DNA of 64,000 nucleotides from Macrostomum lignano (taxonomy: Eukaryota), in assembly GCA_002269645.1 (NCBI GenBank), contig NIVC01001170.1, positions 227,547 through 291,546 of the forward strand, read 5' to 3'. This document shows positions 13,093 to 24,560 of this stretch, piece by piece. The notes under the pieces were generated by a model. It saw only the letters and a program-made list of their open reading frames with translations, had not been told where the DNA came from and made no database searches. Position 1 is the stretch's first letter, and every line of letters starts with the position of its first letter. The position numbers were made by a program, and so were the translations under genes.

Positions 13093-13379
13093 TATCACGT
13101 TAACGTAGTGCGTTACTGCTGGCTAGGTACACTAATACTTCATGCAATTATTATTTTTTTGAAACGTTTCTTTGAAAAAATTAAACTGGCGAAACTCACT
13201 TAAGTCACGCCATATGGAGCTGGCAAATATTCTTTCTTCAATATACAGTGTAGTGTATTTTTAGCCCTAAACGGGTTTACATAAAATTTCCAGTAAATAA
13301 AAGACTAGTGTCGCCTCTTATTACTTTAGTCGTCCTCAATTACTACATTTACACTTATCTGTAGTACGAACTTTATACG

Positions 13380-13670
13380 TTGCAGAAGAATTACGCTATT
13401 TCTGAAAAATTGCAGAAGATTCACGCAAACAGACGCTTGCGGGAGAAGCGACACGAAGGAAAGCTACGTGGATCGGAGGAAGGCCACCACGGAAACGGAG
13501 CTGGATCGGAGGAAGGCCACCACGGAAACGGAGCTAATCACAGCTCGTCACAGCCATCATTCCCGCCTTATAAGGACCCAGTTCACCTCCTCCTCCATGC
13601 TGAAGTGCTGGCACCAGCTTGCAACAAGGACTTTTTGATGCGGGGAAGAGGAAGAGGTCGCATGGGCTGA
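13380..13670 (+). other. Possible short His/Gly-rich ORF with 33-bp repeats (GSEEGHHGNGA); second copy at 21343-21600
   Basis: Both copies are open to the same TGA; the 33-bp unit count differs between copies without a frameshift. No homology recognised, and the start codons are non-ATG. Confidence 0.25.
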
Positions 13671-13909
13671 GGTCCAGGAACTTTTGGCCGATATGGAGGA
13701 ATTTCCAACCCCATGACTTGATGGCTGTGCCTTAAAAAACTGCCTGGCGAAATGAAGTCAGCCATGGGTACTGCAGGGAATTAATTCACTACATGTAAGT
13801 TCTGTTACACATTTTGTCACACAGTCAGCTAAGAATTTAAAACTTCATGCAGATTTGCAGCCAATGAGTCGAGCTGTGCCATTTTAAATATTTGTTGGCC
13901 CAAGCCTTT

Positions 13910-14233
13910 TTTATTAATATTATTAATTAAAAAAATACTAATAGGGCAGATGTGCAACCGCAACAGCTCAGTCGTTGCGCGGCGCATCTGAAGGCTGCAT
14001 ACGGCTGTTCAGTCCAAGGACTGGGACTGGGGGTCGCCACACATACACACACCCTCAATTACCCCAGCTAATTCTCGCACCCATTTTACAGCAGGGTGAA
14101 CTTAACCAATGCAGGGTTAATTAAAATGTCTTGCTCAAGGACACAAATTGTTCCTGTGGGATCGAGACGAACCACCGACCTTCTAGGTAATGCAGAGTCC
14201 GGCGCTCTAAAACCACTAGGCTATACGACCTGC
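13910..14233 (-). mobile_element. tRNA-derived SINE
   Basis: Minus strand: A-box-like TAGCCTAGTGGTT and B-box-like GGTTCGTCTCGATCC, then GTGTCCTTGAGCAAGAC...CTGTAAAATGGG (resembles conserved SINE central domains), and an AT-rich tail. A 3' remnant lies at 21623-21720. Confidence 0.75.
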
Positions 14234-14292
14234 ATAGAATGCCGTCATATTTGCGAAAGGCGGCTGCCCAAAACTTGTGTGTAATCTTTTAC

Positions 14293-15721
14293 AGCCGCAG
14301 ACGCAGAGTTGTTGCCATAGGTGCCAGTACGCACGGATGTTCTCTTGGAGGTTCGCCTTGCAGTTTGGAAAACCATCTAGGATTATCTTCTTAAGAAGCC
14401 GATATTCTGAATCACGGTTTGCTGCTTCGGAGATTTCTTTCTCCGACTGCGACAGAGCGTGCACTGAGCTGATAGCCTGCTCCCTGTTGTCGAATTCCAG
14501 GATCTGATCGCTCGCTTTAGGCTCCTCCACCGGCGCTCTGGACAGTGCGTCGGCGTATTCATTTAGCTTGCCCTTGATCCACCGAGCTGTGAAGCAGAAT
14601 CGGTCGAGCTTTTGCCGCAGCCGCTGAATTCTCGGGTTGTCGACTTGGTCCAGGGTGTAATCGTTTAAAATGGGCTCCAATGGCTTGTGGTCGATCACTA
14701 TTTCAAAGTGATGCAGTCCTTCTAGGAAGAGGTGGCACTTCTTAGCGGCCCAGGCAACAGCTAATAATTCCAATTCGATCATCGTGTACCTGCTTTCTGC
14801 AGCAGAGAGAAATCTTGATCCAGCTTGTACAGGCTTCCATGCGCCATCGCGCTGTCTCTGTTTTAGCAGGAAACCAAGACCTTTGAGTCTTGACGCATCT
14901 GTGTGTAGCGCCGTAGGTCTGCTTGAATCATAATACGCCAGTGTAGGAACAGCAGCTAATTCTTTCCTCATGGCAATGAATGCTCTGTGATGCTCTTCTT
15001 CCCAGACAAATTTATTCTTGCTCTTGAGTAGGTCGCGCAACGGTTGTGACTGCTCAGCAACTGCTTTGCTGAAGGATCCGATCTGGTTGATCAATCCAAA
15101 CCAGGATCGCAGGTCTGTTAAGTTTCTTGGCGTCGGGAACTCTCGGATCGCATTTGATATCTCAGGATCGATAGAGTAGCCATCGTGATCGAGCCGGAAT
15201 CCAGCGAATGTGATTGTAGGCTGCGCAACGATAAACTTATTGGGGTTCAGTGCAATTCTGAACTTCTTGCATCTGTCTAAGAACTGTCTGACAGCTTCCA
15301 TGTGCTTCCCTTTGTCCGAGTGAGCAATTAAAATGTCGTCCACTACATGGTAGGCGTTTTCCATACCTTCGAGAGCTTCATCGATTCTTCTGTTGTAGTG
15401 TTCGCAGATCGAGCTGATTCCGAATGGGGCGCGCTTGTACCTATATTTTCCGAAGGGTGTTATGAATGTAGTCAGGTTCTGTGATTCTTTTGCGAGTGGG
15501 ATTTGATGGTAGCCTTTGAGAGCGTCAACCTTCGTAAATAATCTTGCTCCTGGTGGTAATCTCGAGACGATTTCAAGTGGTATACTGCTCATGTAGCGTT
15601 CACGCACCACGTATTTGTTGAGGTTCCTCAAATCGACGCATGAGTCGGATCTTTCCGTATTCCTTCTTATTTTGAACTGTAATTGGGGCGCACCACTCTG
15701 TCGGCTCGGTGATGCGTTCAA
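14293..15721 (-). pseudogene. RT-RNase H portion of the Gypsy pol
   Basis: ORF 14216-15721 carries the RT and RNase H motifs. Its N-terminus is frameshifted near 15650, and homology ends near YWHLWQQLCVC. Confidence 0.9.
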
Positions 15722-16958
15722 TAATGTCCTGTTCCTCCAGTTCGTTCAACTCGGCCTTCAGCTTGTCCTTCAGGGGTTCAGCGATCTTTCTTGGACATGA
15801 GATGGCAAATGGTTCGTCATTGTCTTTAGTTTAATTTTGAATTCCTCTCAGGGCATGTGCATCTCTTGACCTTTGAACAGCTCTGGGTATTCGGACATTA
15901 GTTGCTCGGCATCGGTGTGACTTGGTGTGCTGCCTCCGGTTATCTGGTGCATGTGCATATAGTGAGGGAATTCTTGTGGGATCAGCGCGAACTGCTTGCA
16001 AGTCTGTCGGGATAGAATTGCTTCAGAGATATTCTTCAGTAGAAGAATCTCCTTCTCTAGCACTTTGTCGCCCAGTTTCAGAAGTACTTTTGTAGTTCCC
16101 AAGTTCTCAATTGGTCTTCCATCGACTCATGTGGGTACTACCATAGAAATTGCCAGCTCTTTTGCTTTGATCTTCAGCTTTGGCAACTCGGCTGCTGGGA
16201 TCGCGTCTATACTGGACCCAGTGTCCGGTCGCATCGGCATCCGACATGTGCCCTTTCCTGTTATCACTGTCACTTCAATCTTCTCAAGCGCATCGTTAAC
16301 CGTTGAGATCACTGAGGCGATTGTGTTGCCTTGTGCTTGTGAGAAGTTCTTCGGCTTGCTCGTCCTTTCTGTCGTTGACTTGCAAATTTGCGCGAAGTGA
16401 TTCTTCCTCCCGCACTTCTTGCACTCTTTGCCGAACGCTGGGCAATTCTGTCTGGTGGGAGCGTGCTGCTTCCCGCAAAATGAGCATTGTGTCACTCGTT
16501 GAGTTGATTTGCTGCGCTGCTCTCGTCGCGGACCTCGTCCCTGAACGCCGATTTGCCTCTCAGGGCATTCATTGCGGAGTGCTCTTCCGTGATGACGACA
16601 CTCTTGTGCTTGACAGATTCGCAGATGCGCTTGGCTGTCTCCAGGGTCTGCCCGTTTCCTTCTTGATGAAGCTTCTCGACGACGCTGGTGTCGCGCGTGC
16701 CAGTGACGATCCTGTCTCGAAGCATGAATTTCGCGCAGTTGTCGCAACATCTGCCGAAGTTGCACTTGGTGGCCAATTCTTTCAGGCAGACGAACCAGTC
16801 TGAGAAACACTCATCTGGGCGTTGGCTTCTTAGCCAGAATTATCTTCTCTCATAAGGTTCGTTGATCTCACCGACTATGAAAGCCTTCAGAGCTTCCAAA
16901 ATCTTATCCGCGTCAGACTTGTCTTCGTCCTTTAAGCTTGGCAGGTTGAAATTTCATA
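14293..16958 (-). mobile_element. Ty3/Gypsy retrotransposon internal fragment (gag-protease-RT-RNase H), frameshifted, without integrase or LTRs
   Basis: gag with LRDRIVTG and Cys/His knuckles (CSFCGKQH...C and CKKCGRKNHFAQIC); protease DTGSS; RT motifs VDALKGYHQIPL, APFGI and VVDDILI; RNase H motifs LHTDAS, IELELLAV and IDHKPL. The frame is split over at least four ORFs. Confidence 0.95.
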
Positions 16959-17042
16959 AATTTTTATGAAAAAGTTATGGGGATTATTCCTGAAGATTTA
17001 ACTATAAAAGATAAAGATATGAGTGACTGTTTCGATTGCATG

Positions 17043-18062
17043 TGAGGTGGGGGTGGAGAAGAATTTTTTCTTGGAACTGTTGCTTTTGAAAATTTGCTGG
17101 CACCAGTGAGGTGGGGCGGGTTCCTCGTTTGAATAGCCGCTGGCGTTGAGTTCGCACGAATAAAGCCGGAAAAATCGCGCAGGTGAATCTCAACGAATTT
17201 CTTCTCCTTTTACTCCGACAGCCGGGGTCCTCAAATTCCGGGGGGAGGGTAGTTGTAATCGTAGCGGAGCGGTCGTAGAGCGGCACGGTCGTTCAGTTGT
17301 AGAAGCACAGGAGATTCTGACTCCGTAAATTAATGCGTCGATGAGTTGAACTTGTTACTTTTAGTAGGGTAGTTGCTGCCACCACCGTAATTTACGTATT
17401 ACGGAGCGTCTAATGGTCTCAAAGCTTTCTGTGAGATGAGACTTCGGTTATTTTACGCCCCACGAACAAAGGATTCAAGATAGGCTATGGCTTAAATCAA
17501 CGGATAAAGAGTAGTTAATATTTAATTCGTCGGCGTTATTTGTTTATTGATTATAATTCATTAAAACGTTTTGTTAGCAGGCGTTGGAAATTTATTTTGT
17601 TGCGAACGAGAAAAAGGGGGCCGGCGACGACGGATGCCGAGACAGCGCAAGTTAACTAAAACTAAACAAGGAGAGAGAGAGCGAAGGAAGGGGAGGACAA
17701 AAACATCGCGGCAGAAACCGAAACTTAAATAAGAAAAGATATTAAATCCCAGGGCGGGGGTTGGGACGGATGACTGGACAACAGGGTGGGCAAGCCCGTG
17801 GGCAACCTGATGGACAAAAAAATCACAACGCATAAGGTAGCAAAATTTGGGAAATATCAACAAAAGACAAAAACAATCCAACGGCGGGGCAAACCGGAGG
17901 GACAACAATAGGAGAACACAAAACAACACCGGGAAAAAAGGAGACACAACCGTTAGAAAAGTTACAAGGAAAAATTCCGGGAATTGGGAGTCAAATTAAA
18001 TTAAAAACTATTATTATTATTATTAGACGTATTACAGTTTTAGTGGCAACCCGCCTGCCACA
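17043..18062. mobile_element. Solo LTR-like insertion, 1020 bp
   Basis: Absent from the paralogous site (GATTGCATGCCGCG near 23081-23094); starts TG, ends CA; flanked by CATG at 17039-17042 and 18063-18066; no coding capacity recognised. Confidence 0.75.
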
Positions 18063-19545
18063 CATGCCCCGATAACTTGACAAGTGTCAAGCCTAAATCC
18101 GAAGAATATCTGATTGTAAACAAAATATCCAATGAATATAGTTAATATATGATTAAGGTAAACTTTTAGTTTGTTAATAAGTAATATAAATATACAAAGA
18201 TTATATTGTTAAACAGAAACGTTTTTTTCTTTTTGACACAAGTACAGTTAGCAAATTTTTAACTTAGGGACTTAAAATAAAGTGCATGAGCGCTTTTGCT
18301 GAAATGACCTTGTTCATCGTATAACTATCTCTTAATAAATGATAAAATTATATAATATTATTATTATGTCGCGCCTAGAAATAAATTCTGTTGTTTCATA
18401 ATTTGTTACCTAATGATTAACTTGGAGAGACTCTAAAAAATAACTGAGAGTTTCCTTCATTTTTAGCAACATTTTCCTTGTTGAAATTTCATAATTTCAG
18501 TTACACTGTATATAATTTTACACTATTTTTTTTGCTAAAAGAATTGCTAAAGAATTAAAAATTTTTATTCAGGCATGTCTCTACTCAGTATTGTTGACTT
18601 AGGCTGGTCGCTGACTCACACTTGCTGGTGTAGAATCAAAATGAAACTATTTGAGTAACAATAAGTAGGCCTAAACTAATACTAGATACATAATACATTA
18701 GCATTAGGATCCAATGTTAGATCTTTATTATTAATATTAGTATGCCCTGTTCTAGGTCTCTATAAATACCAAAATATATTTAAGCTTATTTCAGAAGTAT
18801 ATAGAGCCTAAGAAAATAGCTTGAAATGATTAAAAATATATATTGTACTTATGCTACTAGGTTTTTAGCATTCCCTTTTATATATAAATTTTATATTGAA
18901 TATACATATATTATATACAAAGTTCTACAAATAACTGGCTCCAAAAACTATTTAAACAAAGAAAAGTTTTCACAAAATAATTTTATATTGCTATTATTAC
19001 TTGTTTTTATTTGATAACTTCTTTTTAAATTAAGTAGCATAAAGGGCCAACTATTTGACATGTTTTTCTAATTTCATCAAGTTCAACTTTATATATAAAA
19101 ATTGGTCGTCTTTATCATGTATATTTCACATCCTCTAGAACATCTAAAAGTAAAATTTTTCCATTGAACAAAACTACAAAAAATAAAATAAAATAAAATA
19201 TGACTTCATAGATTTCTACCAAAATTGTCTTTTATTTCATTAACAATATATTTTATTATTTTAAAAAACCTTTTATTCCAAATAGAATAATAGTCTTTTT
19301 TATTATGGTAAAAATTATTTTATCCCTTAGCATAACTATGACACAAAACACCTAGATAAAGATATCAATATGCCATGCTCTTTAATATGATTAGAAATAG
19401 TCTTAATTTTTCATCAAGAATATGACTTTGTAGACCATGGAAGTAAAACTCTTAAAATTAACTATATGGTGATTGTTCTAGCTAAATTTATATGTAGTAA
19501 TGTTTTGTTTTCTACATTTTTAAGTAGATCTTTAACTTTAACTGC

Positions 19546-20735
19546 ATGCTGGGACTTGCTGCCGCCACGCTAGGCCACACTGGCCCCACCCTAGTTGCCA
19601 TGGCAACAGCCATAACTCTACTATGTGGCATCCCCGCTGTTCAACACATTGCCACTCGCCATTTATTCATCAAAACCGAAGTTGACTTTGCCACTTGTGC
19701 TGGGTGCGAGTGCTGGGACACGATCAGCGTGGGATCGAGAGAGACGCCTGGACACCATGCCTATCACAGCGTTTACTGGAATAGCAATGGGTGCACATTG
19801 GCCATGTACTGCCTCACTGTGCTGCAGGTGTGCAATCTTATAGTGCTTGTGTATTTTATGAATAAAAAGGGCTTTTGTGAATCGATAAATCTCCCATAAA
19901 GGGGAATTTATGAATCGTTAAATCTCCCATAAAGGGGATATTGTGAATCGCTATATCTCCCATAAAAGAGATAATTGTGAATCACCAAGTGTCACATACA
20001 ACAAGTTTCAACATAGAACGGATAGGTTAAGAATCAGCGAGTGTTTTCTGATTGCACTGCTAGTTTATGATGAAGTGTTTGAATTTGAAGCCACTCCAAG
20101 GTCACCCTTGTTGTAATCAAAGCATAATTTAATGATGAAAATCATCATCACAGGCGCTGCTATGTTACAAAGCTGTCGAGAGCCTCACCTGCATTGTCAT
20201 GCGCCACGGCCTCAGTAAACTTCGTCCAGCTTTCGTCTGCCTAACTTTGCTCAACATCTATCCCAACTATTACTCCTGGTGGAGCTATTTAATGTACCTG
20301 AACGAGAAGACGCCAATGTACAGTCTTATTAGGCATCATATGTACTTTTACGCTAGCGAGCTAATCGTTGCCGCGCTAGTATTGCACCTGTGCAATATCG
20401 AATCGGCTATCAATCGAGTCAAGTTGTCAATTGTGTTCTGCTTAGCGGCGTCGCACCTGGTCAGCGGATTCGCTGATCACTACCTGTTCGACCCGGCATC
20501 TGCGGCTGTGCGAGCCAGTAGGCTGGCTTCTTTCATGCACCACTCGAGAAATGCCGGCCTCATGCTGCCAGACTTGGCTCACGTATTGGTTTCTGGACGA
20601 TATCTGCAGCCAATGCTGGCCAAAGCCAACACAGTTGAAGGCTTGCAGCTCGAGTCGCCTTGGAGCTGCTGGTGGCGGTGGGCCATACTATTGGCCGTCT
20701 CAATGCTGCTGTTTTGTGTCAGCCAGGCGCTGTAA
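19546..20735 (+). CDS. Uncharacterised multi-pass membrane protein, copy 1 (exons 19546-19827 and 20154-20735; 287 aa)
   Basis: Phase-0 splice CTGCAG|GTGTGC to CATCACAG|GCG joins two ORFs; several hydrophobic segments; motifs CxCWD, HAYHSVYWN and PNYYSWWSYLMYLN, which I recall from an unnamed invertebrate family (unverified). Confidence 0.8.
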
Positions 20736-20913
20736 AGATTGTGCTCAAATAATTTCCTACTTCATGATAATTCTAGTGATTCTGTATCAAAATACGCGTA
20801 TTGTTTGAAGGAACCACTCGGCATGCCATCCAGATCTTTCACTGGAGGGGTGCGCTTTGTTTATTTGATTTGCCGTTTCATTTGAAGGGTTGCCCGGGTC
20901 AGGAGCACCACTG

Positions 20914-21140
20914 CGGGGGCGTCGCCATGGATTTTTGGCCGAAAATTTCTGCATGACTTAAATTCCTACATTGATTTGGGAATCAGTGTTTCTAGCACCT
21001 TTTTTAGCGCCGCAGGCCTCCATTCGGGCGCCGAAGGCGCTATATTGTGGCGCCACGAAGCAAAATTATTGATTTCCATAACGGATCACAAGGTGGGGTG
21101 GGGGGATGCCGCCCTGTTTACCCCCGTGGCGACGCCCCTG
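20914..21140. mobile_element. MITE-like element with 17-bp imperfect TIRs
   Basis: CGGGGGCGTCGCCATGG versus the reverse complement of CCGTGGCGACGCCCCTG (15/17); no convincing TSD; related copies at 25928-26153 and 42341-42570. Confidence 0.6.
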
Positions 21141-24100
21141 AGCATCAGCACCATCGGCAGCAACCCTAGGGACGCTAAAGCTGTACTTAAGGGGGCACAA
21201 AATAACTTTTGCTTGTTTATTTGAAGTTCTGTTTATATTGAGAGCTTGGTGAATGTTAATATTGGAAACAACTTGATATGTAGCCTGAAAGAAGTCTTAT
21301 TATATTTACCTTTTAATAGTTTAATTAAGCTTTTAATCATATTTGTTTTATCGTGACAACACGTTTAGAAAATATGAAGGCCACCACGGAAACGGAGCTG
21401 GATCGGAGGAAGGCCACCACGGAAACGGAGCTGGATCGGAGGAAGGCCACCACGGAAACGGAGCTAATCACAGCTCGTCACAGCCATCATTCCCGCCTTA
21501 TAAGGACCCAGTTCACCTCCTCCTCCATGCTGAAGTGCTGGCACCAGCTTGCAACAAGGACTTTTTGATGCGGGGAAGAGGAAGAGGTCGCATGGGCTGA
21601 GGTCCAGGGACTTTTGGCCGATACTAATAGGGAGATGTGCAACCGCAATAACAGCTCAGTCGTTGCGCGGCGCATCTGAAGGCTGCGTACGGCTGTTGAG
21701 TCCAAGGACTGGGACTGGGCAGCCAAAACCTGTGTGTAATCTGGCTGCCCATATTTGTTCTACTTAGCCTAGGCGCAAGGTGTAACAGATTTTCGGCCCC
21801 ACCCTGTATGCTCTCCAATGTTTTCAAAAAAGAACAGACAGTGCATGGAAGCGCAAACTTCAAAATCCAATACATGTTACACAGCTACAAATGCCCACTA
21901 TATTATAAAATGAATCCTAATTTTCTAAACCAAAAACTCTATGAAAATCGATAAAGCTGTAAGAAAGGCAAAATAATACATGCATGTACGGCACATACTC
22001 CTGTCAAAAGCAATAACAATTTTTGTGCTAAAAAAATCCCTATTCTCCTTAATATACCTTTCCGTAAAACCTGTCCCCTCATTTTTTTCCAAGAAACGTA
22101 TCGTACTTGTTCTTGAAATTTACGTGTAAATTGTACATGCATGTACACTGTTTAAATAAATGGACGATGCATGCGTGGACGTGCACATGCGCATGGACGT
22201 GATGCATGCGTAGTGTGCACATTTCTTTCCTGAACTTTAATTGACGATTTGATAAACGTACTTCATATACAGAAAATGTACATAGCAAATTATCGGGACC
22301 ACTTGTTTCTTGCTGCTGTCGACGCAGTACCACCAAGTGTAAATTTAATTAACTGCAATACTTGCAGTGTGTCATGCTGTACGCTCATTATTCCACGCTT
22401 AGGAATCATTATTTTAGGCTTCTAAAAATACATTCATGAGACAATGTGTTTGTGTATATGGTTTTGTCATAGACAATGATAAATTTTAGTCACTCGTGGC
22501 TAATTCATGGCGAAAAATGAGGCTCGTTTAAAAGCATTGTATTAAACGTTCAATGATTGAAAAACATTAGGAATAGAAACTCATAGGAAATTGCTACGCA
22601 TTTTAACACATGCGCTAACAAATATATGTATCATTTTGGAGGGGTTTTTAGGGGTATAGCAATCAAGCCAGATTGTTGCAGGCTTTGAATTCTATGGCCG
22701 AAGCCACACAACTAAGGCTAGCTGGAGATAAACCAATGTACACATGTAACAATTTTGATTTATATAGTATAGCATATACGAGCCTACAAAGTTGTTTAAG
22801 ATATAAAGTTGAGCGTTGTGAGTGTCGCTGATGCAAAATCTATCTTAAGCTGTATCAACAGCGCAGCTAGCGTATACTTTTGAAAAAAAGCTACAGAAAT
22901 AAAAAAAATAAGATTTTTATTTCTGGGGCACATGTATCTACTAGATGTTAATTCACCAGATGTGTTTGCTCGTTTTTCTGCTTGATTTTTATTTTTAATC
23001 TAAATTTTTATGAAAAAATATGGGGATTATATATTCCTGCAGATTTAACTATAAAAGATAAAGATATTAGTGACTGTTTCGATTGCATGCCGCGATAACT
23101 TGACAAGTGACAAGCCTAAATCCGAAGAATATCTGATTGTAAACAAAATATCCAATGAATATAGTTAATATATGATTAAGGTAAACTTTTAGTTTGTTAA
23201 TAAGTAATATAAATATACACAGATTATATTGTTTAACAGAAACGTTTTTTCTTTTTGACACAAGTACAGTTAGCAAATTTTTAACTTAGGGACTTAAAAT
23301 ATCTTTTTAAAGTGCATGAGCGCTTTTGCTGAAATGACCTTGTTCATCGTATAACTATCTCTTAATAAATGATAAAATTATATAATATTATTATTATGTC
23401 GCGCCTAGAAATAAATTCTGTTGTTTCATAATTTGTTACCTAATGATTAACTTGGAGAGACTCTAAAAAATAACTGAGAGTTTCCTTCATTTTTAGCAAC
23501 ATTTTCCTTGTTGAAATTTCATAATTTCAGTTACACTGTATATAATTTTACACTATTTATTTTGCTAAAAGAATTGCTAAAGAATTAAAAATTTTTATTC
23601 AGGCATGTCTCTACTTAGTATTGTTGACTTAGGCTGGTCGCTGACTCACACTTGCTGGTGTAGAATCAAAATGAAACTATTTGAGTAACAATAGGTAGGC
23701 CTAAACTAATACTAGATACATAATACATTAGCATTAGGATTCAATGTTAGATCTTTATTATTAATATTAGTATGGCCTGTTTTAGGTCTCTATAAATACC
23801 AAAATATATTTAAGCTTTTTTCAGAAGTGTATAGAGCCTATGATAACAGCTTGAAATGATTAAAAATATATATTGTACTTATGCTACTAGGTTTTTAGCA
23901 TTCCCTTTTATATATAAATTTTATATTGAATATACATATATTATATACAAAGTTCTACAAATAACTGGCTCCAAAAACTATTTAAACAAAGAAAAGTTTT
24001 CACAAAATAATTTTATATTGCTATTATTACTTGTTTTTATTTGATAACTTCTTTTTAAATTAAGTAGCATAAAGGGCCAACTATTTGACATGTTTTTCTA

Positions 24101-24560
24101 CTTTCATCAAGTTCAACTTTATATATAAAAATTGTTCATCTTTATCATGTATATTTCATGTCTTCTAAAACATCTAAAAGTAAAATTTTTCCATTGAACA
24201 AAACTACAAAAAATATGACTTCATAGATTTCTACCAAAATTGTCTTTTATTTCATTAACAATATATTTTATTATTTTAAAAAACCTTTTATTCCAAATAG
24301 AATAATAGTCTTTTTTATTATGGCAAAAATTATTTTATCCCCTAGCATAACTATGACACAAAACACCTAGATAAAGATATCAGTATGCCATGCTCTTTAA
24401 TATGATTAGAAATAGTCTTAATTTTTCATCAAGAATATGACTATGTAGACCATGGAAGTAAAACTCTTAAAATTAACTATATGGTGATTGTTCTAGCTAA
24501 ATTTATACGTAGTAATGTTTTGTTTTCTACATTTTTAAGTAGATCTTTAACTTTAACTGC

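Larger units (their letters stand above)
16957..21367. repeat. Segmental duplication, copy 1 (partner 23002-26290)
   Basis: Long near-identical match from TAAATTTTTATGAAAA to TCGTGACAACACGTTTA; copy 1 has an extra 1020-bp insertion. Confidence 0.95.

Noticed and set aside
14150-14233. Functional tRNA gene
   Set aside because: The B box is irregular, I cannot fold a clean cloverleaf, and the sequence continues into a SINE-like body and tail.
15600-16810. Programmed gag-pol frameshift
   Set aside because: There are at least four frame breaks and an in-frame stop in gag near 16840, which fits decay or sequencing error better than one regulated shift.
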